Virus record (IMG/VR): IMGVR_UViG_3300043078_000170
Direction: 5' to 3' (one strand)
From: a virus
Lineage: Duplodnaviria; Caudoviricetes
Length of the DNA: 64,000 nucleotides
The notes under the pieces were generated by a model, which was not told where the DNA came from, did no database searches, and saw only the letters and a list, made by a program, of their open reading frames with translations. How positions within the stretch are numbered: position 1 is the first letter of the stretch; each line of letters opens with the position of its first letter. Below are positions 19,747-30,665 of the stretch, in pieces. Made by a program: the position numbers and the translations under genes.

Positions 19747-21471
19747 TTATCTTTCATAATAGAATACGAAGTTACCACAATCATAAATTTTGAGATAACC
19801 AGCTTCTCTCATAATTTGGAATTCAGTTTTATCATCAGAATAAATATCTGGGAACTTCTTTTTAAGTTCTTGCTTTCTAAATCCAAATCTATTATATTTC
19901 TTTATATTATTTTTATCAATATAGAAATATGATGGAGAACTTGTATGATCTAATCTAAAATTATTTTTCAAATAAAGATTTCCATCAGACCATCTTCTAT
20001 CAGCATATGTGATAATTCTATTCCATTCAAAATTTCTTTCAAAATATTTAAATAATTTACTAAAACCACCAATTACACAAATATCTCCTTCAGTAGCATA
20101 TCTTGAAAGTTCATAATCAAAAGCAGTCTTATCACTCTTTTGTCCTAAAGAAAGTCTAGGCTTACAGAATGTCATAACTGCTACTAAAGTATCTTCACCA
20201 TTATCTTCTGGATACCAAAGACCAAGTTTAATACTTGCACTATCAGTTCCTTGAATATGATTATCTTCTAAAAATACCTTTTTAGCAGGTGCAGTAATCT
20301 CTTCAATATAACATTTTCTTGCAAATACCTTTCTACCAACATGCTGAGTCATATACTTTAATTTTCTTTTAACAATATCTTGCTTATTTACCCATTCATC
20401 TTCAAATAAATGAATAAGTCTTATACCATTTTTAACTGCTAATTCAGTTTTCTTAATATGATAATCCTTTGGAACAAAATCTTCTGAATGCCAATAAAGT
20501 CCATCAAATTCAATTCCAATTTTATAGTCAGGAAGATAAATATCTATTTCCTGTTTATTACCAAGAATTGTTCGATCATTTCTTGAGATATTTTCAACAC
20601 CAATAGATTTAAGATAATCACAAATATCATCTTCATATTTAGATTTACCCATATTAGTGTTACATTTAGGGCATCTTTCAATAGTCTTATTATCTCTAGT
20701 ATATGGATGAAGAATATCTACAGGTCTTACTGACCATTCATGACCACACTTATTATGTCTAATTTTTACTTTTTCTTTATTACTTGAATAATTACTTAAT
20801 AGAGTATAATTATCTCCTAAAGCTTCTTGGAACGTTTCATTTGTATATTTTTCTGATTTATAACAATTTGAACAACCTTTACCAAGTAATAAATTAGAAG
20901 GTGTTGCTTCAAATAATTTTCCACACTTAGTATGATATACTTTAATCTTAGTATTATTATCAGTATAAGGCTGTTTTAATAATACTTCATACTCTTCACC
21001 TAAGACTTCTTCAACTCTTGCTTTAAGTGTCTTAATTCCAATTTTATGCTTTTCAGCACCTTGTTTCTTAGAACATTTAGGACATCTTCTATTATTAAGA
21101 AAACAATCTGGTCTAACATCATATTCTAACCCACAAGTATTATGTTTCATTTTAACCTTGGTTGTAGTATTAACGAAATCACTTAATAAAGTATATTCAT
21201 CTCCAACTAAATCAAATATTTCCTTTTTAAAGCTTTCAGTTGTTCTATTACGATTTTTAGGTTTTTTAGCATTTTCTCTATTTGCAATAGCTCTTGCACA
21301 TTTAGGACATCTTTTTCCTGCTAAAAAGTTAGTAGGAGAAACGTCATATTTAAGTCCACAATCTTCATGTAATATTGTAACTTTATTATGAGTTCCAGTA
21401 TATTCGGATAATAATTTATATCCTTCATTTTCTTCAACCTTTTTTCTAAAGCTTTCAGTATCCCAACGCAT
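19747..21471 (-). CDS. Free-standing Hef-like homing endonuclease: Zn repeats + PD-(D/E)XK nuclease + Mom/GNAT-like C-terminal domain
   Basis: Four H..CG...CPKC repeats; EIDIYLPDYKIGIEFDGLYWH; NHIQG, YELSRY, IITYADRRWSDGNLY, IYDCG. Confidence 0.75.
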   Translation of the reverse strand: MRWDTESFRKKVEENEGYKLLSEYTGTHNKVTILHEDCGLKYDVSPTNFLAGKRCPKCARAIANRENAKKPKNRNRTTESFKKEIFDLVGDEYTLLSDFVNTTTKVKMKHNTCGLEYDVRPDCFLNNRRCPKCSKKQGAEKHKIGIKTLKARVEEVLGEEYEVLLKQPYTDNNTKIKVYHTKCGKLFEATPSNLLLGKGCSNCYKSEKYTNETFQEALGDNYTLLSNYSSNKEKVKIRHNKCGHEWSVRPVDILHPYTRDNKTIERCPKCNTNMGKSKYEDDICDYLKSIGVENISRNDRTILGNKQEIDIYLPDYKIGIEFDGLYWHSEDFVPKDYHIKKTELAVKNGIRLIHLFEDEWVNKQDIVKRKLKYMTQHVGRKVFARKCYIEEITAPAKKVFLEDNHIQGTDSASIKLGLWYPEDNGEDTLVAVMTFCKPRLSLGQKSDKTAFDYELSRYATEGDICVIGGFSKLFKYFERNFEWNRIITYADRRWSDGNLYLKNNFRLDHTSSPSYFYIDKNNIKKYNRFGFRKQELKKKFPDIYSDDKTEFQIMREAGYLKIYDCGNFVFYYER

Positions 21472-21589
21472 AATTTTATTACTCCTTTAATAAAAAATAT
21501 TTTTTGTAGTTTATCAATCTAACTACACTATAATAATATATAGTTATAGTTGGTTTTAAAATTTTTTAATTTATAGTTGGTATAAATTT

Positions 21590-22696
21590 CTAATTATATT
21601 TATTAATAATATCTTCTAATATTATTTCTAGATTATCAAAATCCTTATAAGATATTCGATATAAATCAATATTATGATCTTTACAATATTGATCTTTAAT
21701 TTCATCTCTTTTCTTTTGCATTTCTAATTTCTTTTCACCATATATATTTTTATTATGAAATTCTCCATCATATTCTATTAATATAATTTTTCCTGTATCA
21801 TCTTCTAGCTTAAAATCAAACTCTAATGTTCTTTTATATTTGCAATCTTTTAAACCTTTATAATGCCAAATATATTCATAATCATTTGAATCTAACCATT
21901 TAGCTATCTTTTCTTCTCCTAATGAAATTCTACAATGTGGACATCTGTTTCCATTTAAAAAATCATCTGCAGTTAATGTAAAAATATTATTACATTTTTT
22001 ACATAATACTTTTATTTTATTTTTTCGTTTAGTATATTTAGTTAATATTTCATAATTATTAAAAGTATCTTTTGGTAATTTCTTTAAAAATTCTTCATGT
22101 GTTAATGTATGCTTTTTAGCTCTTTGTTTTAAAGAGCATTTAGGACATCTTCTCTTTTTATTTAAGAAGTTGTCAGCAGTTGTTTCAAATATATTATTAC
22201 ATTTATTGTGTTTAATTTTTATTTTAGATTTATTATTAATATATTCATCACTTATTAATGAATATTCATTACCTACTTGATTTTCCATATCACTTCTTAA
22301 GGATTCTATTGTCTTTCTTTTACTTGGATGAGAACAATATGGACATCTATGATTATTATTAAAATTAATAGGTGTCATTTCAAATTCTTTATTACATTTA
22401 TTATGCTTAAATTTAACTTTAGTTTTATTATTAATATACTCAGATATTAATTCATATTCGTTATTAGTAATATTTTTTACTTTTTCTTTATACATATCAG
22501 TATTCATTATATGATTAGAACAATAAGGACATCTATCTCCTTGAATAAATCTATCAGGTCTTACTCTATAAGTATTATTACATTTATTATGCTTAAGAAT
22601 AACTTGTGTTTTATTATTAATATATTCTGATTGTAACTCATACTCATCATTAGTAAGATTTTTTAATTTGTCTTTAAATGATAAAATAATTATCAA
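21590..22696 (-). CDS. Free-standing Zn-repeat PD-(D/E)XK (Vsr/DUF559-like) endonuclease
   Basis: HNKC...RCPYC repeats; LEFDF..IEYDGEFH...RDEIKDQYCKDHNIDLYRISY. Start codon is uncertain. Confidence 0.8.
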   Translation of the reverse strand: MIIILSFKDKLKNLTNDEYELQSEYINNKTQVILKHNKCNNTYRVRPDRFIQGDRCPYCSNHIMNTDMYKEKVKNITNNEYELISEYINNKTKVKFKHNKCNKEFEMTPINFNNNHRCPYCSHPSKRKTIESLRSDMENQVGNEYSLISDEYINNKSKIKIKHNKCNNIFETTADNFLNKKRRCPKCSLKQRAKKHTLTHEEFLKKLPKDTFNNYEILTKYTKRKNKIKVLCKKCNNIFTLTADDFLNGNRCPHCRISLGEEKIAKWLDSNDYEYIWHYKGLKDCKYKRTLEFDFKLEDDTGKIILIEYDGEFHNKNIYGEKKLEMQKKRDEIKDQYCKDHNIDLYRISYKDFDNLEIILEDIINKYN

Positions 22697-22746
22697 CTCC
22701 TATTTAGTATTTAAATAATAGTTTTCCAATTATAAAAAATAAAAAT

Positions 22747-22773
22747 TCCCTAAGACTTAATAAGTCTTAGGGA
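22747..22773 (-). terminator. Terminator after RNAP beta-N gene
   Basis: TCCCTAAGACTTA-A-TAAGTCTTAGGGA. Confidence 0.75.
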
Positions 22774-22778
22774 TTTAT

Positions 22779-25700
22779 TTAAGATTGATATATATCTTTT
22801 ATTTGACGTTTTAATTCTATTAAAGCTTTCGAAGCGTAACCGTCAATAAAGATGTCTAGAGTCATACGGCTGTTTATACTTAAAGGACTTAATATAGCTT
22901 CTACTGGTTCTTCTGGTCTATACTCAGAATATGGTTCTTCACCTTTTTCTAAAACCTTTGAAACAATAGTTTTAAGAGCCGTTCCGTATATAATTTTATC
23001 GCCTATACCTAACTCTTGGTAATATTCTATAAAGAATTCAAACATTACACCATCTATTACATCTTCACCTTTAATTTTATTTTCAGTTTGTTTTTCAATA
23101 ATAGGAGCATTTAAAGAATCATAACCTGTTCCTTTTATTTTTTCTATAATAGCTTTTCTAGATTTTTTTGCATTAATATAAGATTTAATTACTTTTTGTA
23201 AACTTTCTGAATATTCTTCAATATCATTAGTATAATAAATATTTACTTTAGTAACTACACCTGTATATTTACACTTTAATTCATTTTTAGCCATCTCGGC
23301 AATATTGGCTGCAAATTCATCACCAATTTTACCTAAGATATCATTCATAGATTCATCATTAAATGAATTTTCAAAGATTAATAAAGGTTCATTAGTTTTA
23401 ATATTTTGACCTTCTTTAGCTACAAAACTTACTGTAGCATTTTTATCAAGAATCTTTGTCTTTCTCATAGTAACTTTAGTAGCTAAGCCTTCAGATACTT
23501 TATCAGTAACAATAGATGAGTCTTCAAGAGTAAAATCTGCTGAAGCAATAGCTACTTTAGTAGTTCTACCCATACAATATATAATATCATCTTTTTTACC
23601 ATTACCAACAAAGAAATTAGGATTCTTTGCTATTACAGCACCTTTATTGAATTTTTCTCCAGGTGTATAAAGCATTTCAAATTGCTGTGAGTTATAAAAA
23701 CCACCATTACTATTGTTGGTTTCAACTATATCTAAATCAATTAAATCTTGTTTACCAGATTTATATTTAAGAATAGCTACTTTATTTTTCATATCAACAG
23801 ATTCTACTACACCATCTTCTTTTGCTTTAAATGCAAATTCATCAGAAATCATATAAGGAGCAGTTTTTTCCAATCCAGAACTAATTAATGGTGGTGTCTG
23901 ACCCAATACTGATACAATATGTTTCTGCTGTACAGATTGCATAGAAATACGAGGAGCATCTGAGTGTGTAGTTGTTGATGGATTCATTAATTCTGAGAAG
24001 TCATATTGAGTTGTAGAGCCATTTCCTTTAGCATTACTTGGATCTACAAAACCATATATATTAGTAATTTTAGGATTATAAGTTAATTGTCTAACAATAC
24101 CAACCTGATTTCCTTCAGGAGTGTTAAGACTAATTAAATTCTTCATATTTTCATTATAACCACGAGTTCTTGTAGTGTAAGCTTCCATTTTAATAATTGG
24201 ACTATATCTTCATCACTAAATGATGCCTTCCATTTCGGGTAAACCATAAAACCCTACTCTACTCGCTTCGTGTAAATATTTCAATTTACCTTATTTTTAA
24301 CTAGTTTATACTAGTATATTAGCTTTCGATAGTCTCTGAACTCATATCCTATCTTAGTAGGATACTTCGCTGCATCGATTGGACTTAAAACTTAATCTTG
24401 TTACTATACCTAAGTCTGTTAAACTTCGCCACTAATTATATTACTATCTTAGTTTAGTAATTAAGTTCGTTTAGTCTTTCCTGCAATTAGGAAGGTTTAT
24501 TTTTACAATGTCAACAAAGCTTACTTGTTTAATATTATTTATTATAATTATAAATTTCATAATATTTATTTTTATTATACATAATGTCATCTTCACTATC
24601 ATAAAATAACATATTGTATTTATTAATAATAGCTAAAACATCTTCTTCTTCAGCTATATATTTTATTAAATTTTTAATTTCATTTAGATTTAATTTATAT
24701 GGAATTCTAAGTAAATTTATTTTATTATTTTGACAATATTCATTTTTAACTAAATCATTTTTACGAGTATTTTCAAATTTATTTATTTTTCCACTTGAAA
24801 AAGAATTTTTATCAAAATGTTGTTGTCCATCATACTCAATTAATAAATTATATTCTTCTAAATAAAAATCAAATCTTAATTTAAATTTTTTACCTTTTAG
24901 ATCATCATAAGATTTTTCCTTTGTAAATTTTATTTTATTTTCATTTAAAAGATTTTCAATAAATATTGAATTTTTTGAATTATTATAATCTATTTCACAA
25001 GGACATCTTTCTCCTTTATAAATAAAATTCTCAGGATAAATCATATATTCACTTTTACATTTTTCATGATAAGATTTTACTTTAGTATGCATTGTAGTAA
25101 ATTTACCAATAATTTTATATGAAGGATCTAATTCATTTATTTTATTAACAAACTCTTCATGAGACATTTGGTATTTACCAGAACAATAAGGACAACCAAA
25201 ATATTTTTCTGGATATTTATTAGTCTTAACATTTCTTATTAAAATATGTGGTTCAGCTTTAAAATTTTTGTCGCATACATTGCATTTAAAAGTAGTTTTT
25301 GAATGCGTATTTTTAAAATCTCCTATTAATGTTAATTTACCATTAGTTAATAATTTTAATTTATCTTCTACATTTTTCTTTGATTTACTTATATCTGATT
25401 GTCTTCTACACTTAGGACATAAATCTTCTAAAAAACGTTTTCTTACTCTTTCTCTAGTAAATTCATTAGGAAAAGTTTCAAAAGTATTTCCACATTTAAT
25501 GTGTTTAATAGTACATTTTGTTTGTCCTGATTCAAAGTTAATTAATTTAAATTTATTTCCATATAAATTTAATATATTTTCTTGAAATTTTTCTTTGGTT
25601 AATTTTGGATTACCCATAATACTAACAACTCCTTTAAATTTATTAAAGGATTGTTAGGAATCAATTTATTTTTAAATTTATGGTTTTAAGAATTTTTATT

Positions 25701-28700
25701 GACATTGATCCCAGCAAGCCCCTTCATTGAAGCAGTGCCCATTCTCTCTAACAATTATTACTAATTGGACTATATCATCTTCTATAATAATTTATAGAAG
25801 CCTTGCACTTCGGACATATTATATCCTACTCTACTCACTTCGTGTAAATATTTCAATTTACCTTATTTTTAACTAGTTTATACTAGTATATTAGCTTTCG
25901 ATAGTCTCTGAACGTTCTTCATTTTATTATGAAGCTTCGCTGCTAGATTTCCCATTATTACAATACTTAGATTTTCATCATATATCAATTTAATTATTTT
26001 TTCCGTCTTTCGACTGCATTCACACTTATCTTTACAGATTATGTTGTAGCTAATTAAATATTAGGGTTTACAAGCAATTCACAAGGTTATCATACATTAT
26101 TACTAATATATGAGAGCTAATTACTCAAGAGATGGGTTTAAACTTGAATAAGATTCAATTGTTTTTAATTCCATTAATTTCTTAGTTAGAATATCTGGAT
26201 CAACAGTTATCTTGACTGGGTTTTTAGCATGTTTAGAGTCTTTATAATGCTTAAATGAATCAGCCAATACTTTATAAAGCATAGCAGGTACTTGTTCTGC
26301 ACCACGAATTCTAAAATTATTTACATCAGTTGGTTCAGAGAAAGAAATATCTTCTAATAATGTATTAGCATATAATAAAACATCATAAACATTAGTAGGT
26401 AAATTTAATTCTTCCAGTATATCTTTAGTAATAGGATCTATTAATAAAGAAATTGAGTTATGAAATCCCTTTGCAGCATTTCTTGAATTAAATGCATCAC
26501 CAAAATAATCAATATAAGGATCTGGTGAATTCATATCTGCAAACACTATCTCAGAACAGTTCATTTCTAATAAACCTGAAAGAAGCATACTGTTTCTTAT
26601 CTTAGAAGTATCATAATAAAGATAACCATCTTTAAATTTAATTTTACCTAAATCATCTTGTACGCTTAAAGATCTATTGGTAGTTTCAAAAGTATACATG
26701 ACTTTATATCTATCTAATAAATTTAATAATCCTAATTCATATCCTAATAAAACAGCTAATGGAAGTGTTTTATTATTAATTTCCATTCTAGAATATGTTA
26801 ATTTAGTATTAGTTTTAATTTTAGCAGAAGTAATATCTTTAACCTTTTCAGTTGTATTATTATAAACTAATTCAACAATCCATGAAGATAAAGTAATATC
26901 TAATGGCTCATATTTACTACCATTATATAAATAAATCTTTTTATCAATAATATTTGATAAAATTAATTTACTTTTATCTTTAGTATACCCTACCATGAAA
27001 TATTCTTTTTTATCAAAAGTTGCTTTAACAGCAATTTTTTCATTATATAGAGGTTTCTTAATATCCATAATATCTTGGATTTCTTGTTGATTAAAAATAA
27101 ATATATAGTTTTCAATATTTAAACTATATAAATAAGATGAAATATCATTATATTCAGAACTTACAGTATATTTACCATTATTCTTTAATGAATTACCAAA
27201 TTTAAAATCAAAAGTAGAACCTTGTTTTTTATATTTTAAAAGATTTTGCTTAGTAAATAAAGATTTTAAATAAGTAAGCTTTTCACTAAATTTCTGTCCA
27301 AATCTTGTTATAAAGTGCTTATTATAGTTTGTAGTAATTTGAACTCTATCTGGTTCTAATTTAACAATTGGTAAAAAAACTATCTGTTTCATAATTACCT
27401 TTTTAGAACCATTTACATACATAAATTTTCCTTCTTTAATTTCTGGCATATTTACTTTAAATTTATGTGTAACATTAGTATCATCTTTAAATTCTACTTC
27501 AAGGAGTTGTTGCTTGTTCATATCAGTATTATTAGATTTTAAATTAATCTTATTAACATATACACCAATATCATTATCATCATTAAATGATTTAAGAACT
27601 TTTGCAACATCTTTATTAAACTTTTTTTCCATATAAGTATCATCATAATCTTTTAATGTACTTGTAAGGATTTCTTTATTAGTAATATCTTTAATATTAC
27701 CATCAGATATTTCTTTAGTATCTATTTTTTTATTTTCATAATTTTCTTTAAGATCTTTTAAAGAAACATCATTAAACATAATTTTTTCTTGTTGTATTTT
27801 TAATTGTTCTGCATTTTTTCTACGATCCCCATCTAATTTATCCTGCTGAACTTTTATTAAAGTATCTTTAAAAGCTTTATCATTAGTCATTAATTCCATC
27901 ATTTGTTCTTCAGTCATATCAGTATCTTGATATTCATCAACAACTTCTTCAATTTTTTTATCTACTTCAGAAATATTGTCATCATCTTCATTAACAGAAA
28001 TACCAATTTCTTCAGCCATTTTTTCTTTAATATTATTTTTAGTAATTTCTTTTTCATCTGCTACAACATTCTTTGAATTAACTTTTTCTATAAAATTACT
28101 TGAAGGAGTATTATTAGATACTTCATTTGTTTCAATACCTTCTTCAGATTTTATAACTTCTTCTAATTCATCAGAACTTAATAATAAATGATTAATTCTA
28201 ATATTGAATTTTTGTTTATTTTTATAAAAATCATCATCTACTGTAAATTTAAAGAATGTTTTATTCTTAGCAGATAAGAATATAAATTGTACTCCTTTAA
28301 AATACTCTAAGAAATAGTCAACTCTTTTCTTAATTGCAGTTACAAAATAATAGAGAAAACTTGTATTATCAGTAGCATCCATTCCATCTACATTAAATAC
28401 AATAGCTTTATAATCATATTTAAATTCATTATATTTAACATTAATTTCATCAAAGAAATCTTTCATTTTTACTAAAGGACTCTTTTTAGTAGACTCTTGA
28501 TTAATTAATAAATAAGGTGTCATATCATAAAATAAATTAAGATTTTTATAGCTACTTATATTTTGTCTACAAAGTAAATTATAATTTACTTTTTCTAAGA
28601 ACTCTTTATAATGATTTGACTGATTAACCATTTTTCTTATTTTTTTATTATCTGAAACTAATAATCTTTCTCTATAATAGCTTTTATAATAAGCTGGCAT

Positions 28701-28856
28701 AAATATATTTGAATTAATAGTCTCTATAAAATTTTCACTAGTTTTACCAATATGTAGAATTAATTGATTCTTTCTTAATTCTTTATTCTCACTTGATAAA
28801 TTTTTAATAGGCTTCTTTATAAGTTTATAATCTTTATATTTATCTAAAACTATCAT
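22779..28856 (-). CDS. Split RNA polymerase beta subunit, N-terminal part (probably virion RNAP); exons 28856..26124, 25751..25698, 24185..22779 (~1397 aa)
   Basis: Joined NPSLE|LERMGTASMKGLAGINVN|EAYT aligns without gaps to beta [74 protein letters not shown] are beta motifs. Confidence 0.88.
24186..25697 (-). mobile_element. Group I intron with homing endonuclease gene in the P1 loop (1512 nt)
   Basis: Exon CAAUGUCAAU pairs with IGS GUUGACAUUG located after the ORF (~24506-24515). GUAAGCUUU pairs with 3' exon GAAGCUUAC. Core CAGAGACUA/AAGAUAUAGUCC. Terminal G at 24186. Confidence 0.92.
24535..25617 (-). CDS. Intron-encoded Zn-repeat PD-(D/E)XK homing endonuclease
   Basis: HIKCG..CPKC repeats; LRFDFYLEEYNLLIEYDGQQH..NDLVKNEYC..INLLRIPY. 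Own RBS and late-type promoter. Confidence 0.85.
   Translation of the reverse strand: MGNPKLTKEKFQENILNLYGNKFKLINFESGQTKCTIKHIKCGNTFETFPNEFTRERVRKRFLEDLCPKCRRQSDISKSKKNVEDKLKLLTNGKLTLIGDFKNTHSKTTFKCNVCDKNFKAEPHILIRNVKTNKYPEKYFGCPYCSGKYQMSHEEFVNKINELDPSYKIIGKFTTMHTKVKSYHEKCKSEYMIYPENFIYKGERCPCEIDYNNSKNSIFIENLLNENKIKFTKEKSYDDLKGKKFKLRFDFYLEEYNLLIEYDGQQHFDKNSFSSGKINKFENTRKNDLVKNEYCQNNKINLLRIPYKLNLNEIKNLIKYIAEEEDVLAIINKYNMLFYDSEDDIMYNKNKYYEIYNYNK
25752..26122 (-). ncRNA. Group I intron (ORF-less, ~371 nt) in RNAP beta-N; junction ambiguous by 1 nt
   Basis: P1 GAGU/GCUC, P2 UCAUAUAUUA-GUAA-UAAUGUAUGA, core CAGAGACUA/GAUAUAGUCC, P9 with GUAA loop, G at 25752. Confidence 0.88.
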
Positions 28857-29054
28857 TTCTTAACCTCCTTAATAAAATTATTTTTATTTTATAAATTTAA
28901 ATTTTAAAAAATTAAATAAATTAAATTATATTTTATCTAGTTTTATAATAAAAAGTTAAACAAAAAATTTAAATACAAAAAATAAATATATATTATTTTT
29001 GTGTCAAAGTATAATTTGACAGAAAATTTTATTTTATAACGGAGGTCATATTAA

Positions 29055-29372
29055 ATGATTAACTCAAAGTTAAAAAAATTCGCAGAGCAGATGAATCTTA
29101 ATGTATTGGATAATGAGGAAACTTATTATCTTTCATTGGATGAAATCAGTATCAATGACTACTTAAAGAGTCATGTAAAAGAAGATGAAAGTGGTATTTA
29201 TGCAACAAGTATTAGTACCTCAGATGAAACCCATTCAATTTCATTAATTGAAGATGAAAATAAGAATTTCGTTGAAATTAATTTCATTGATAATGAAACT
29301 GGAAACTATGTCGTTTATTCATTTAATGATGTAATTAATGAATATGTAGAAGAATTAATCGTTGAATTTTAA
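29055..29372 (+). CDS. Hypothetical early protein
   Basis: GGAGG RBS; early-type promoter at 28987. Confidence 0.8.
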   Translation: MINSKLKKFAEQMNLNVLDNEETYYLSLDEISINDYLKSHVKEDESGIYATSISTSDETHSISLIEDENKNFVEINFIDNETGNYVVYSFNDVINEYVEELIVEF

Positions 29373-29386
29373 GGAGGAAATTAAAA

Positions 29387-30574
29387 ATGATTAAGAAAAC
29401 TAGTAAACGCACATTTACTGAAATGATTACAGAAGCCGATGCAAACAATAATAAGGAGGAAACTAAAATGGCTGGAAAGAGAATCACAAAGAAGGTTACT
29501 AGAACAATTGAACCTGTAGTAGACGAAATCGATGTAACAGAAGAAGATGTTATTGAAGTAACAAAGCCTGCTAAGACAATTACTAAGAAGCCTAAGACAA
29601 TCAATAAGAAGATTGAAATTGATGAAGAAGATGATAATGAAGTAGAAGTAAATAATACTTCAGAAAATGAAGAAGATGAAGATAATGATATTATTAATAA
29701 TGAAGAAGGAGATGAAAATTCCTATGATCCAGAAGGTGAAGAAGATAATGAAGAATTTGAAGGAAACAATGAAAGCGAAGATTCAGATGAAGATTCAGTT
29801 AAAGAAGAAGTTGTAATTAATAAGCCTAAGACTACAACAAAGAAAACATCTGAAAAAGAAATCAGTAATAAGGAAGAAGATAAGACTGATAAAGTAGACA
29901 ATAAACCTAAGCCTAAGACTAAAAATACTGCTAATAAAATTAATAGAGATAAGCTTAATGCTTATAACAGATTAATGGACAATATTAATGAAATCAGTAA
30001 GCTTCCTATGGCTGGACCTGAAAGAGGTCGTCGTCTTTATGACGAAGATTTTGAAGATACTAAGGTTGTTTCAACAAGAAAATCAAGCAAGGAAGAAAAC
30101 CTTGATAGATTTGTTGAAGCTCTTGAACTTAATGGTTTAGACTATATCTTTGGAAAGGTTTCTACAGGTATTGGAAAGAGAAGAATTGCTTCTCAGATCT
30201 ATGAGAGCTTTGAAGAAGCTTTCCTTCGTTCAAGTTTCCTTGATAATAATGGATTTGTATTCCTTGGTGGTTATATTAACGTAGAACATGTTAATGCAAA
30301 GCTCTTTAAGAAATTTAAGGATGGTCCTATGAAGCATGACGTAATTAAGATGGAACATTATAAGATTAATACTGTAAATTGCAATTACAATACTAGTCTT
30401 GGAAATAGCTATAAGACAAATGGTTCTTATGATATTTCAATTCCAGTTGATGATAATGAAGATGGAACAGTTACTATTGCTGAAGACAATCTCTTCTTCA
30501 AGAAGGGTGATGTTGTAACTATTAATGACGAAGGAAAGGTTGTTAAGGTTACTAAGAAGAAGACAACTAAGTAA
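29387..30574 (+). CDS. Highly charged protein (K/T-rich and acidic tracts), possible HU-like C-terminal DNA-binding region
   Basis: Low-complexity N-half. IYESFEEAF..GFVFLGGYINVEHVNAKLF loosely resembles HU/IHF. The ORF is secure; the function is weakly supported. Confidence 0.55.
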   Translation: MIKKTSKRTFTEMITEADANNNKEETKMAGKRITKKVTRTIEPVVDEIDVTEEDVIEVTKPAKTITKKPKTINKKIEIDEEDDNEVEVNNTSENEEDEDNDIINNEEGDENSYDPEGEEDNEEFEGNNESEDSDEDSVKEEVVINKPKTTTKKTSEKEISNKEEDKTDKVDNKPKPKTKNTANKINRDKLNAYNRLMDNINEISKLPMAGPERGRRLYDEDFEDTKVVSTRKSSKEENLDRFVEALELNGLDYIFGKVSTGIGKRRIASQIYESFEEAFLRSSFLDNNGFVFLGGYINVEHVNAKLFKKFKDGPMKHDVIKMEHYKINTVNCNYNTSLGNSYKTNGSYDISIPVDDNEDGTVTIAEDNLFFKKGDVVTINDEGKVVKVTKKKTTK

Positions 30575-30665
30575 GAATAATTTATAAATAACAAAAAGTG
30601 ATAAGATAGAAAGGAGAGATTATTAAAATCTCTCCTTTTTATTTTTTACATAGGAGGAAAAATAA

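Noticed and set aside
14250-28856. Inteins in GyrB, GyrA or RNAP subunits
   Set aside because: No C/S-start...HN-C/S/T intein boundaries seen; the insertions are RNA introns.
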